Source of the DNA: an uncultured delta proteobacterium
Lineage (GTDB): Bacteria > Desulfobacterota > Desulfomonilia > UBA1062
DNA: 64,000 bases
Assembly: GCA_963798485.1 (NCBI GenBank)
Contig: CAWCTR010000021.1
Coordinates: 1-64,000 of the forward strand
Reading direction: 5' to 3'
Of the stretch, positions 9,564 through 19,891 are shown in pieces (the stretch's first letter is position 1; each line of letters opens with the position of its first letter). The notes under the pieces were generated by a model. That model made no database searches. It was not told the origin of the DNA and saw only the letters and a program-made list of their open reading frames with translations. The position numbers were made by a program, and so were the translations under genes.

Positions 9564-10799
9564 ATGAGCACCCCTGATACGGATAAGAAAAAAAGAAAGT
9601 TCAGGTCGGCCACACGAATGCGAGAGATTATGACCGAGTATTATATTGACGCAAAATCAGCCTCGCAAACAGGGAAAAAGGTGGCCTGGATTACCAGCGG
9701 CGGACCTGTTGAACCGCTGATTGTCATGGATGTGATCCCTGTCTACCCGGAGAACTATGGTGCCATGATCGGGGCCTCACATATGGGTGCCGACCTTTGT
9801 GAAAAGGCGGAGGCCCTGGGCTACAGCACGGACCTGTGCTCTTATGCGAGGGCGGATATCGCATGCGCCAGAGAAAACGGCGGGCCCATAGGAGGCTTGC
9901 CGAAACCCGACATGCTCATCTGCTGCAACAATATCTGTGGAACCGTATTAAAATGGTATGAGGTACATGCCCGCTACTTCAATGTGCCTCTCTTCATCTT
10001 CGATACACCTTTTTGCCACACCGAGTTTCCCGATATAGCCAGGACTTACGTGCGCAAGCAGCTTGACGAATACATTGCATTTCTTGAACAGGCATGTGGC
10101 AGGCCCTTTGATATGGAAAAAAGCAAGGAAGTCGGCCGGCTTTCAATAGAAGGCCAGAGATTATGGCAAGAAGTCCTCGATACGGCTGCACACAAGCCTG
10201 CGCCCATGACGGCCTTTGATGCCTTTTTCTTCCTGGCCCTCATCGTCACCCTACGTGGGACAAAGATTGTTGTGGACTTCTACAAGGAACTCCTTGCTGA
10301 GATGAAAGAGCGCATCGGCCAAGAGATCTGGGCATTGCCGAAAGAACGGTACCGCCTCCTGTGGGACAATCTGCCGGTCTGGTACCGCCTCAAGTGGCTC
10401 TCTGATACGTTCGCCTCTCACGATGCATGTCTGGTGGCTGACACCTACACAACCGCCTGGTGCGGATCCATGAAATACATAGATGAGAACAATTTTCTTG
10501 ATTCCATGGCTGAGGCCTATACACGAATATACCTCAACATCGGTATCGATGAGATGATGAAGACCATCTTCGAGATGATAGACAAATACCAGGTGGATGG
10601 TGTGGTGTTGCATTCAAACCGAAGCTGCAAGCCGTACTCATTTGGTCAGTACGACATCGCCACAATGATCCAGGAGCAAAAGGGAATACCATGCATGATG
10701 ATCGAGTCGCACATGGTGGATGAACGGAGTTTCTCTGAGAGCCAGACTGCCACACGGATTGATGCCTTCATGGAGCTCATCAAACAGAAAAAAGGGTAG
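9564..10799 (+). CDS. 2-hydroxyacyl-CoA dehydratase / benzoyl-CoA reductase family subunit (HgdA/BzdO-like)
   Basis: Motifs PENYGA, DLCSY, GGLPKPD, NNICGTVLKWYE, HSNRSCK. Confidence 0.88.
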   Translation: MSTPDTDKKKRKFRSATRMREIMTEYYIDAKSASQTGKKVAWITSGGPVEPLIVMDVIPVYPENYGAMIGASHMGADLCEKAEALGYSTDLCSYARADIACARENGGPIGGLPKPDMLICCNNICGTVLKWYEVHARYFNVPLFIFDTPFCHTEFPDIARTYVRKQLDEYIAFLEQACGRPFDMEKSKEVGRLSIEGQRLWQEVLDTAAHKPAPMTAFDAFFFLALIVTLRGTKIVVDFYKELLAEMKERIGQEIWALPKERYRLLWDNLPVWYRLKWLSDTFASHDACLVADTYTTAWCGSMKYIDENNFLDSMAEAYTRIYLNIGIDEMMKTIFEMIDKYQVDGVVLHSNRSCKPYSFGQYDIATMIQEQKGIPCMMIESHMVDERSFSESQTATRIDAFMELIKQKKG

Positions 10800-10810
10800 G
10801 AGAGCATACG

Positions 10811-11575
10811 ATGGGTGCTATCAGATACGGACTTGAAGACAGGGTTTTCGTGGTCACGGGCGGGAGCAGGGGTATCGGTCTGGAGATTGCCAAGGAACTG
10901 GTCAACCAAGGGGCAAAGGTTGCCATCTGCGGTAGGAAACAGGGGACCCTTGATGCTGCCCTTGCAGTTATCGATGGCGGGGACAGGGTTATAACAGCAA
11001 GCTCCCATATTGCCAAGGAAGAGGACGTGGAGAAGATGTTCAACGCCGTGCTCGCCAAATTCTCACGGGTCGATGCACTTATTAACAACGTGGGCATGAA
11101 CCTTCTCACACCTTCTGTAGCCGATACGGAGCTTGCCATGTGGCAAAAAATCATGGACACAAACCTGAACGGGACGTTCCTCTGTTCGAAGAAGGCATCA
11201 AAAATCATGCAGGGACAGAAAAAGGGCAAGATCGTGAATGTATCGTCAATCGCAGGCAGAAGGGCATCGCCTGCCATGGGAATTTACGGTATAGCCAAGG
11301 CCGGGGTCGAGATGCTTACCAAGGTCCTGGCTGCCGAACTTGCCCAGTTCGGCATCCAGGTGAATGCAGTGGCGCCTTCCATGGTCAGGACAGAATTCAG
11401 CAAGCCCTTCTGGTCAAATGACATGTTGTATGAACAGATCGTGAAAGGCATACCAATGGGCCGTATTGCTGAGCCGATGGATGTGGTACACCCTGTGCTG
11501 TTTCTCGCATCCGATGCCGCTGATTTTATAACAGGCCAGACCCTGCTCGTGGACGGTGGCGCTACTGCAATTTAA
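10811..11575 (+). CDS. Short-chain dehydrogenase/reductase
   Basis: Motifs TGGSRGIG, NNVG, NVSS, catalytic YGIAK, VNAVAP, ITGQ..LVDGG. Confidence 0.93.
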   Translation: MGAIRYGLEDRVFVVTGGSRGIGLEIAKELVNQGAKVAICGRKQGTLDAALAVIDGGDRVITASSHIAKEEDVEKMFNAVLAKFSRVDALINNVGMNLLTPSVADTELAMWQKIMDTNLNGTFLCSKKASKIMQGQKKGKIVNVSSIAGRRASPAMGIYGIAKAGVEMLTKVLAAELAQFGIQVNAVAPSMVRTEFSKPFWSNDMLYEQIVKGIPMGRIAEPMDVVHPVLFLASDAADFITGQTLLVDGGATAI

Positions 11576-11592
11576 AGGGGCATCTAAATATA

Positions 11593-12360
11593 ATGATAAC
11601 AGCTGGGATAGATATCGGATCCATCACCACCAAGGCGGCTGTCATCGATGACGGACACATTATCGGAACAAGGGTGATCTTCACCGGCTACAATGTTGAG
11701 GTCGCTGCAAGAAGGGTGTTTGAAGAGTTACTTTCCGAGTTTCATATCGAAGTTTCTTTCATCCAGAAGATTATCTCCACGGGCTATGGGAGAAACAGCG
11801 TGCCATTTGCAGACAAGGCCATGACCGAGATCATCTGCCATGGGGCAGGTGCGCATTTTCTTCAGGGCACTATCAGGACCGTCATCGATGTCGGTGGCCA
11901 GGACAGTAAGGCCCTTATTGTTGATGCATCAGGCATGGTGAAGGATTTTGTGATGAACGACAAGTGCGCGGCAGGTACCGGACGGTTTCTGGAGGTAATG
12001 GCACGGGCCCTGGAGGTCAACCTGGATGATTTCGGCGCCTTATCGCTCAAGGCATTTACCCCTTCACGCATCAGCAGCATATGCACGGTATTTGCCGAAT
12101 CGGAGGTGATCTCCTTGATTTCAAAAGGAGAAACGAGGAACAACATCATTGCCGGCATACATGAATCGGTGGCTTCACGTGTATTTGCCATGGCGCAGCG
12201 GGTCAAGGCCGAGCCCCCCATCATGATGACCGGTGGAGTAGCCAAGAACATCGGCGTGGTGAAGGCGCTTGAGAAAAAATTTGGTTCGAATATTGAGGTG
12301 AACGACCTTGCACAGGTAAACGGGGCCATAGGGGCGGCGGTGCTGGCGGCAAAAATGTGA
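11593..12360 (+). CDS. ATP-dependent activator of 2-hydroxyacyl-CoA dehydratase (HgdC; BadF/BadG/BcrA/BcrD family)
   Basis: Motifs GIDIGS.TTK, STGYGR, DVGGQDSK, MNDKCAAGTGRFL, SICTVFAESE. Confidence 0.93.
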   Translation: MITAGIDIGSITTKAAVIDDGHIIGTRVIFTGYNVEVAARRVFEELLSEFHIEVSFIQKIISTGYGRNSVPFADKAMTEIICHGAGAHFLQGTIRTVIDVGGQDSKALIVDASGMVKDFVMNDKCAAGTGRFLEVMARALEVNLDDFGALSLKAFTPSRISSICTVFAESEVISLISKGETRNNIIAGIHESVASRVFAMAQRVKAEPPIMMTGGVAKNIGVVKALEKKFGSNIEVNDLAQVNGAIGAAVLAAKM

Positions 12361-12370
12361 TGTATGGGAT

Positions 12371-12393
12371 TTCGCGCCTGAAGGCGCTCCTAC
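12371..12393 (-). repeat. GTAG-family REP element, inverted relative to the copy at 9500
   Basis: Minus strand reads GTAGGAGCGCCTTCAGGCGCGAA. Confidence 0.75.
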
Positions 12394-12396
12394 AAT

Positions 12397-12430
12397 AAAA
12401 AAAGGCGGGGGCATCAAGCCTCCGCCTTTT
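12397..12430. terminator. Bidirectional intrinsic terminator
   Basis: AAAAAAAGGCGGGGG-CATCAAG-CCTCCGCCTTTT between convergent genes. Confidence 0.8.
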
Positions 12431-12451
12431 GTGTCTACCCGTCTATATCCC

Positions 12452-14263
12452 TTATTCCGGGGGATACATTGCCTCGATAGCCTGTCCGTACTTCTGGTTG
12501 ATCACCTTCCTTTTAACCTTCATGGTGGGTGTCATCTCACCGGTATCCTGTGACCATTCAGTCTCCAGCAAGGTGAACTTCCTGATCTGCTCCACACGCG
12601 CATAGTCCTTCATATTCTCAACAAGTTCATCCTCATAGAGCTTCAGGACTTCGGGCTTTGTTATCAGGTCCTTCCTGTCTGTGAACGTGACGTTATTCTC
12701 TTTTACCCAGACCTCCAGTGCTGCATATGATGGGACGATAAGGGCGGAGAGATATTTCCGGTTGTCGCCGATAACCGCCACCTGCTCGATGAATCGCGAG
12801 GTCATGAGCGCATTCTCAATATTCTGAGGGGAAATGTTCTTGCCGCCGGAGGTGACGATCAGATCCTTGATCCGTCCGGTGATCTTGAGGTAGCCATCTT
12901 TGTCGATCTCACCAATATCTCCGGTACGGAAAAAACCGTCTGAGGTAAAGGCCTCTTTGGTGGCAGCCTCGTTTTTGTAGTAACCCTTCATAACCTGCGG
13001 GCCCTTAATAAGCACCTCGCCGTCTTCACTGATCTTGATGATGGTGTCCTTCACCGCTGGGCCGACAGTGCCGGGCTTGATTTTTTTGGGCTTATTCCCG
13101 TTGGTGATAGGGGTTGTCTCAGTAAGCCCGAAGCCCTCAAGGACCTTGATGCCCATGCCAAGGAAAAATTCTGCATCTGACACGGACAGGGGGCCACCGC
13201 CTGAAAGGGCTCCATGGAGTTTATCCATGCCCAATGCCGTTTTGAGCTTACTGAAGATGATCTTATCTGCGAGGTTGTACTTGAATGCGAACCAGCCGGT
13301 CCTGGGTTTGTCGTTGCAGATGTAGGGCAGGTTATCCTTCGCAACCCCCATGGCCCAGCCGAACAGGGCCTTCTTGACCGGCGAGGCACTTGCGACCTTG
13401 GCAGTGATGCCGGAATGCACCTTTTCATAGATACGCGGGACACTCACCAAGAAGGTAGGTCTGATCTCATTGAAGTTCTCAAGCAGCTTTTCCGTGCTCT
13501 CGGCGAAAGCCACCTTGTGGCCAAGGAAAATGGGGGTATAGAAGCCGACTGTCCTTTCAAGCGAATGTGCCAGAGGCAGGAATGACAGGAAGGTATGGTC
13601 ACCTGAAAGAAAATCGGGATCAACGTTATAGGCCTGGTTTACATTAGAGACGAAATTCTTATGCGTAAGCATGACGCCCTTGGGATTGCCCGTTGTGCCG
13701 GAGGTGTAGATAATAGTAGCCACATCCTCAATATTGATGGGTTTGAGCCTCTTATCGAAATCGTCCTTGTTCTTGTATGCCTTACCTTCCTTGTAGGCAT
13801 CCTTCAGGATAATAACACCGGCTGCAGGCTTGTCGAGGTCATCGAAGATGATCACATCACCAAGGTTAGGCAGCTTTCCCTTTGCCTGGAGGATTTTTTC
13901 CATGTGCTCTTTCGTGCCGACAAAACACATTTTGGCGTCAGAGTTATCGATAATGTACCGGCACTCTTCCGGAGAGTTTGTAGAATAGATGGGTACATTT
14001 ACTGCACCTATGGAAATGATGGCAAGGTCTGCAACCCACCACTCATACCTGTTCGGCGAGAAAAGGGCAACCTTGTCGCCGGGCTGTATCCCCCTGTTAA
14101 TAAGGAAAAGACCAAGATCACGAACCAATTCGTTTATCTTGTTCCAAGAGATCTCTTCCCATACGCCCTGTTTGTTCTTATACTTCACCAGGGACTTGTC
14201 ACCGAATTTCTGGACACGGTTCTGAAACACTGCACCCATAGACGTTTCTTTGATTTCTGCCAT
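12452..14263 (-). CDS. Long-chain fatty acid-CoA ligase (AMP-dependent synthetase)
   Basis: Motifs YTSGTTGNPKG, GFGLTET, FRTGDIG, GRIKD, GGKNISPQ.IE. Confidence 0.93.
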   Translation of the reverse strand: MAEIKETSMGAVFQNRVQKFGDKSLVKYKNKQGVWEEISWNKINELVRDLGLFLINRGIQPGDKVALFSPNRYEWWVADLAIISIGAVNVPIYSTNSPEECRYIIDNSDAKMCFVGTKEHMEKILQAKGKLPNLGDVIIFDDLDKPAAGVIILKDAYKEGKAYKNKDDFDKRLKPINIEDVATIIYTSGTTGNPKGVMLTHKNFVSNVNQAYNVDPDFLSGDHTFLSFLPLAHSLERTVGFYTPIFLGHKVAFAESTEKLLENFNEIRPTFLVSVPRIYEKVHSGITAKVASASPVKKALFGWAMGVAKDNLPYICNDKPRTGWFAFKYNLADKIIFSKLKTALGMDKLHGALSGGGPLSVSDAEFFLGMGIKVLEGFGLTETTPITNGNKPKKIKPGTVGPAVKDTIIKISEDGEVLIKGPQVMKGYYKNEAATKEAFTSDGFFRTGDIGEIDKDGYLKITGRIKDLIVTSGGKNISPQNIENALMTSRFIEQVAVIGDNRKYLSALIVPSYAALEVWVKENNVTFTDRKDLITKPEVLKLYEDELVENMKDYARVEQIRKFTLLETEWSQDTGEMTPTMKVKRKVINQKYGQAIEAMYPPE

Positions 14264-14445
14264 AGAAATACCCTCCTCAATAGATTATTGTAGCAAGTAC
14301 GGCTTCCGAATATTTACTCAATATAATAGATGTAATAATTTTTTTCAATATGCTAATCTCCCGGAGGATACAGACTATCAATAATGTTGAGGATATTCGT
14401 CTTTTATTATATACAGTTTACAATTGGATTCTTAAAGGAGGGCAG

Positions 14446-14733
14446 ATGAAGATAACCCAGGCAGATGTGTTTCACGTGGCCCGTCTTGCACGTCTTACGC
14501 TTGGACCTCAAGAACTGGCATCATACCAGAGAGAACTGAGTGATATCCTTTCCTATATGGAAATACTCGATGGAGTCGACACAACCGGGGTGGAGCCGAC
14601 ATTTCATGCCCAATCCATAACGAATGCCCTCAGGGATGATTCTGTGAAGCAATCACAATCCTCTCATGATGCGCAGCGCAATGCTCCGTGTATGAGCGAG
14701 AATACCTTTGTGGTCCCCAAGGTAATCGATTAA
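14446..14733 (+). CDS. gatC: Asp/Glu-tRNA amidotransferase subunit C
   Basis: Motifs HVARLARL, VDTTGVEPT, LRDD, FVVPKVI; AGGAGG precedes the ATG at 14446. Confidence 0.92.
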   Translation: MKITQADVFHVARLARLTLGPQELASYQRELSDILSYMEILDGVDTTGVEPTFHAQSITNALRDDSVKQSQSSHDAQRNAPCMSENTFVVPKVID

Positions 14734-14741
14734 AGTCGGCC

Positions 14742-16163
14742 ATGCTCGATACTGCACGCATCTACCGCAATGATGATGTAACGCCCGTAAGTCACATTCA
14801 AGAACTCATGAGGCGTATAAAAAAGGATCCTCTTAATTCCTTTGTCACCGTGAATGAAGATGGCGCGCTTCAACAAGCAGAGCTTTCCGGCAAGGCAATT
14901 CTGCATGGAGAGGAGGACTTACTGCTGGGCATCCCCATAGCTGTTAAAGACAATATATGCACCAAGGGAATTCGCACGACATGTTCATCTGATATCCTGA
15001 GCAATTATATACCAACCTATGATGCCCACGTAATTGAACAGCTGAAGCAACGCGGGGCTATCATCCTGGGCAAGACCAATCTGGACGAGTTTGCCATGGG
15101 CTCCACAACGGCAACGAGCAATATCGGCCCCACAAAGAACCCCTGGGATTTAAAAAAGACACCTGGAGGCTCCAGTGGCGGATCGGCTGCTGCCGTGGCT
15201 GCAGGGTTATGCGCAGGTGCGCTCGGATCAGACACAGGCGGGTCTGTTCGCCAGCCTGCGAGTTTCTGCGGCATTACCGGGCTTAAGCCAACCTATGGGA
15301 CCGTGTCCCGCTACGGGCTTGTGGCCTTTGCCTCATCCCTGGATCAGATCGGGCCTATGGGACGCAGCGCCCGCGACGTTGCCGTTCTGTTCGATGCCAT
15401 TAAAGGCTATGACGTACGGGATTCCACAAGCGTGCCACGGGAATATGCAGTAACTTCTTTTGATGGAATTGATATGCATGGAATCCGTATAGGTGTCCCT
15501 GATATCTTCTTTTCCCAAGGCCTTGCCCGTGATGTGGAACGCTCTGTGAGGTATGCTATTACCGTTTTTCAGGAACTGGGCGCCAAGATTGTCGCAATTG
15601 ACCTTCCCCGAATCAAGTATGGAATAGCTGTGTATTATATCATAGCCCCGGCAGAGGCCAGCTCCAACCTTGCGCGGTATGACGGGGTACGATACGGCAT
15701 CCGGCATGGTGATGATAAAGATCTCTTCGAGATGTACTGCGAGACAAGGGCAAGAGGATTCAACAGAGAGGTGAAACGACGTATCATGCTCGGCACCTAT
15801 GCGCTTTCTGCAGGTTATTACGATGCATACTTCCGGAAGGCTTCACAGGTTAGAACATTTATTGTCGATGATTTCCGAAAGGCCTTCGAGGTCTGCGACA
15901 TCATTGCAGGCCCAACCGTCCCGGTGACCGCCTTCGGCCTTGATGAAATGATGGACGACCCGTTGAGTATCTATCTCCTTGATATCTACACCATCCCTGC
16001 AAATTTGGCAGGCATCCCGGCATTGAGCATTCCGTGCGGATTCGGCGATAACGGGATGCCCATCGGGCTCCAGCTCATGGCGCCGACCTTTATGGACCAT
16101 ATCCTCCTCGGCGCCGGAATGACCTTCCAGGAGCACACGAAATTCCATGAGGTGAGACCGTGA
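14742..16163 (+). CDS. gatA: Asp/Glu-tRNA amidotransferase subunit A
   Basis: Amidase signature GGSSGGSAAAV, GSDTGGSVRQPA, SSNLARYDG, EVKRRIMLG. Start position is approximate. Confidence 0.95.
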   Translation: MLDTARIYRNDDVTPVSHIQELMRRIKKDPLNSFVTVNEDGALQQAELSGKAILHGEEDLLLGIPIAVKDNICTKGIRTTCSSDILSNYIPTYDAHVIEQLKQRGAIILGKTNLDEFAMGSTTATSNIGPTKNPWDLKKTPGGSSGGSAAAVAAGLCAGALGSDTGGSVRQPASFCGITGLKPTYGTVSRYGLVAFASSLDQIGPMGRSARDVAVLFDAIKGYDVRDSTSVPREYAVTSFDGIDMHGIRIGVPDIFFSQGLARDVERSVRYAITVFQELGAKIVAIDLPRIKYGIAVYYIIAPAEASSNLARYDGVRYGIRHGDDKDLFEMYCETRARGFNREVKRRIMLGTYALSAGYYDAYFRKASQVRTFIVDDFRKAFEVCDIIAGPTVPVTAFGLDEMMDDPLSIYLLDIYTIPANLAGIPALSIPCGFGDNGMPIGLQLMAPTFMDHILLGAGMTFQEHTKFHEVRP

Positions 16164-17590
16164 ATGATTTTGTTGCGGTCATCGGTCTGGAGATCCATGC
16201 ACAACTGAGCACGAATTCCAAGATATTCTGTACATGCTCCGCAAGTTCCGGGCACAGCCCCAATACCAATACATGCCCTGTCTGCCTGGGCATGCCTGGG
16301 GTGCTGCCTGTGTTGAACAGAAAGGTTGTGGACTTCGGGATCAGGCTTGGTCTTGCCCTTGGCTGCACAATAGAAACACACAATGTGTTCGCCAGAAAGA
16401 ATTATTTCTACCCTGACCTGGCAAAGGGCTACCAGATTACCCAATATGAGAACCCGTTATGCAGCAACGGCCACCTTGACATCGAGGCGGGCGGTGTGAA
16501 GAAGAGGATAGGTATCAGACGCGTCCACATGGAGGAAGATGCCGGTAAAAGCATACATGACGAGATAAAACCCGTATCCTATATCGACTTTAACCGTGCC
16601 GGGGTACCCTTGCTGGAAATAGTGACCGAGCCGGACATATCGACTACTCAAGAGGCAGTGGCCTATCTGAGGGAGATGCGGCAGATCCTCATGTACATGG
16701 AAATATGTGATGGAAGCATGGAAGAGGGATCTCTCCGGTGTGACGCAAACGTATCAGTGATGAGAAAGGATTCGGACCGGCTCGGGACCCGCACAGAGCT
16801 CAAAAATATGAACTCGTTCAGGAACGTGCAGAGGGCCTTGGAATACGAGATAGCCAGACAGATAGAACGTATTGAATCAGGATTGGATGTTATGCAGGAA
16901 ACCCTCCTGTGGGATATATCACTGGGTAAGACTCAGCCCATGCGGTCCAAGGAAGAGAGCCATGATTACCGCTATTTCCCCGATCCCGACCTCATCCCTG
17001 TTATCATTGATGATGCATGGATCAAAAGAATAGCCGGCACACTGCCTGAGCTGCCTGCGGCAAAACGCCTGCGGTTCGTGCAACAGTACGGCATTCCTGC
17101 CTATGATGTTCAGCAGCTTACCCAGACCAGCTCTCTGGCGGATTATTTCGAGCAATGTGTTTTCCTGCTGAATTCACCAAAAGAAATTAGCAACTGGATT
17201 ATGTCCGAGGTCATGCGGGTCCTCAATGAGAAAGATATCGAAATAAAGGACCTGATGGTGACGCCTGCCATGCTCACCGGGCTCGTGGGACTCATGAAAA
17301 AGGGTACGGTATCAGGTCTTATGGCCAAAGAGATCTTTACCAAAATGGCGGATACAGGCAGGGGCGCCCTTGAAATAATGAAAGAACTTGGTCTTGAGCA
17401 GGTGAGCGACGAGGATTCACTGAAAAGGATTATCCGGGAGATCTTCGAGGCCAACCCCAAGGAGGTAACCCAGTACCGTGCCGGCAAGCACCAGCTGCTG
17501 GGCTTTTTTGTGGGCGAGGTCATGAAAAAAAGCAAAGGCAAGGCCAACCCCAAGATTGTCGGTGATCTAGTGAAGGAACTGTTATCCTAA
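16160..17590 (+). CDS. gatB: Asp/Glu-tRNA amidotransferase subunit B
   Basis: Motifs IGLEIHAQL, RKNYFYPDL, HMEEDAGK, LRCDANVS, YRYFPDPDL. Confidence 0.97.
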   Translation: MNDFVAVIGLEIHAQLSTNSKIFCTCSASSGHSPNTNTCPVCLGMPGVLPVLNRKVVDFGIRLGLALGCTIETHNVFARKNYFYPDLAKGYQITQYENPLCSNGHLDIEAGGVKKRIGIRRVHMEEDAGKSIHDEIKPVSYIDFNRAGVPLLEIVTEPDISTTQEAVAYLREMRQILMYMEICDGSMEEGSLRCDANVSVMRKDSDRLGTRTELKNMNSFRNVQRALEYEIARQIERIESGLDVMQETLLWDISLGKTQPMRSKEESHDYRYFPDPDLIPVIIDDAWIKRIAGTLPELPAAKRLRFVQQYGIPAYDVQQLTQTSSLADYFEQCVFLLNSPKEISNWIMSEVMRVLNEKDIEIKDLMVTPAMLTGLVGLMKKGTVSGLMAKEIFTKMADTGRGALEIMKELGLEQVSDEDSLKRIIREIFEANPKEVTQYRAGKHQLLGFFVGEVMKKSKGKANPKIVGDLVKELLS

Positions 17591-18559
17591 ATGATCAGGC
17601 CATTCTATTTCAAAGACAAAACCTTTTACATACTCGACCAGAGGCGGCTTCCGTTAGAAGAGACGTGGATTGCCTGCACATCATCTAACGAAGTGGCCCA
17701 GGCGATCAAAACACTGGCTGTAAGAGGTGCACCTGCTATCGGCATTGCCGCTTCATTCGGGCTTGTGCTGGACGCATCAAAGGGAAGGATCCATGTGGAA
17801 AAGGCCGCAGAAGTCCTTATAAATGCAAGGCCTACGGCTGTTAACCTTCCCTGGGCAATTAAACGCTGTCTTGCCTCAATCGGATCTACTGATGAAAGGC
17901 ATCTCATGGAAACGTTGCAGCAAGAGGCCGAGGCCATCTGGCAGGAAGAGATTGAAGCGAACGAGTCAATGGCGCTGCTGGGCGCAAGCCTGTTCGAGCA
18001 GGGCAAAGAATATTCCGTACTGACCCACTGCAATGCCGGTTCCCTTGCCACTGGAGGGATCGGGACCGCCATTGGGGTCATCCGAAAGCTCCATGAGCAG
18101 CTCAAGCTCAAGATGGTGTATGTGGATGAGACAAGGCCTTTGCTCCAGGGTGCAAGGATAACGGTATATGAGCTGAACAACGACTCCATACCATGCACTC
18201 TCATCACCGACAGTATGGCAGGCTGGCTCATGAAACAAGGAAGGGTCGATGCCGTGATCGTCGGGGCCGACAGGATCGCCTGCAACCATGATACCGCCAA
18301 CAAGGTGGGCAGCTACTCACTGGCTGTTCTTGCACGCGCCCATGGCATACCCTTCTACATTGTAGCGCCCGGGTCAACCTTTGACCCTGCAACCCCTACG
18401 GGAGACGATATAACCATTGAGGAGCGTGATGCAGACGAGGTGATCTTTTTCCATGGAACCCAGAGCGCCCCACGCGTGAGGGTATTCAATCCTTCCTTTG
18501 ATGTAGTGCCCCATGAACTGATCACGGCAATCATATCGGAGTCAAAGGTTCATCGGTAA
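17591..18559 (+). CDS. mtnA: S-methyl-5-thioribose-1-phosphate isomerase
   Basis: Motifs LDQR.LP, VRGAPAIG, RPTAVNL, LTHCNAG.LAT, ETRPLLQGAR, GADRI. Confidence 0.93.
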   Translation: MIRPFYFKDKTFYILDQRRLPLEETWIACTSSNEVAQAIKTLAVRGAPAIGIAASFGLVLDASKGRIHVEKAAEVLINARPTAVNLPWAIKRCLASIGSTDERHLMETLQQEAEAIWQEEIEANESMALLGASLFEQGKEYSVLTHCNAGSLATGGIGTAIGVIRKLHEQLKLKMVYVDETRPLLQGARITVYELNNDSIPCTLITDSMAGWLMKQGRVDAVIVGADRIACNHDTANKVGSYSLAVLARAHGIPFYIVAPGSTFDPATPTGDDITIEERDADEVIFFHGTQSAPRVRVFNPSFDVVPHELITAIISESKVHR

Positions 18560-18800
18560 AGGCATAATATGCTGTCATTAACGCATAAAACCTTGTTGAC
18601 GAGGGCAATATAATACCCACCATTCACGTGCTCTTTCAGAAGAGATCCATTGAAAAGAGGGTTAACATTAAACATTAAGGGTCCACCAACTGCTCAATGG
18701 ACCGCTGCATCATTGATCCCATAATCCATGAACCATACTGGTCAATCACCCCTTGAGCACGGTATCCATGAAAAAAGCCTTGATCTTGCGCATGAAACGC

Positions 18801-19703
18801 TCAGGTCTGCGCTTGTGCAGGACATTCATGCGTCATGGTCCGGCCGAACAGGGTATGGATCATGGTCTCTGCCGGATTATGGGTATCGAATATCACGGCA
18901 TGGAGCCGGGTCGGAGATTGGCCAGGATTTATTGCCAGGCAGTTGCCGATTCGGGTCTGATATACCCCTGACATGTAGGGGGATTCGTGGATGTGTCCAT
19001 GCAGACTCACCATGGGCTGGGTCCTTTCGAGAAAATCCCTGATGGCCCTGGAACCGATGGGTCTGTTGTTGTGCAGGGTGTCAAGACCGGAATTATACGG
19101 GGGGCAGTGGAACACGCAGATGGTCTTACCGGGGTTGTCAAAAGAAACCCTCAAGAGGTCTTCCTCGATACTTGGGTTATTTATGGCGTATTCACCGTCC
19201 GGGCTTACGCGAAGCCTGTCCGTATCGCTCACAATGGCGAACTTGCTCGGGACATAGGGATCATCCTTGCGGTCCCTTCGTGCATAATCTTTCACCCAGA
19301 AAGTCGAATCGGTCACACAGGCATAGCCGAAAAAGGCAAGACCATCCAGGTAAACTGTTCTTTTATGGATGCACACGAGCCGGGGAAGAGCGTTGATTAG
19401 TCGCTCTACGGCAGGTTTCCAGCCGTGGTTGCCGGGGATGTAGAGGATTTTAATGCCGGGGTTTGATGATTGGAAGGAAGTCAGGACCGGGGCAAGGTAG
19501 TCTTCGACAAAACGAAGCTGGCCCTTCAGATCATCCTGAAAGTCCGCGTGGCCGTCGATGAGGGCAAGGGGGCTGGGGATCAACGTGGGGAGGATATCGC
19601 CGCCGAGAATAATACATTGTACCCCTTCTTTGAGCGCGAGCTCCATCAGTTCTTCAATAAGAGTGCGCCTGCCATGAAGATCAGCGGTAAAGAGCACCTT
19701 CAT
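18801..19703 (-). CDS. Metallophosphoesterase (Icc-related)
   Basis: Motifs ADLHG, GGD, PGNH, HCPP, LHGHIHE, INPG. Confidence 0.88.
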   Translation of the reverse strand: MKVLFTADLHGRRTLIEELMELALKEGVQCIILGGDILPTLIPSPLALIDGHADFQDDLKGQLRFVEDYLAPVLTSFQSSNPGIKILYIPGNHGWKPAVERLINALPRLVCIHKRTVYLDGLAFFGYACVTDSTFWVKDYARRDRKDDPYVPSKFAIVSDTDRLRVSPDGEYAINNPSIEEDLLRVSFDNPGKTICVFHCPPYNSGLDTLHNNRPIGSRAIRDFLERTQPMVSLHGHIHESPYMSGVYQTRIGNCLAINPGQSPTRLHAVIFDTHNPAETMIHTLFGRTMTHECPAQAQT

Positions 19704-19891
19704 GAGACTATCTGTCTTCCTTTTAGAAAAATAGGGGAGCGTGTTATCATGGATAGTGATGTTATATGGTTAATGAAGGGAATAAATCAACTTACAAACC
19801 CGCTCCTTAAGACTTGTAATAAATATTCATTAACATGCCGATATAATCCAAATGCTTGATTGGTTATCTTTAAATTGGAGGTGGCCTGGTA

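Noticed and set aside
18746-18829. Alternative minus-strand frame MNVLHKRRPERFMRKIKAFFMDTVLKG as the true C-terminus of the metallophosphoesterase or as a small protein
   Set aside because: It looks helical, but without homologue alignments a frameshift or small ORF cannot be supported.
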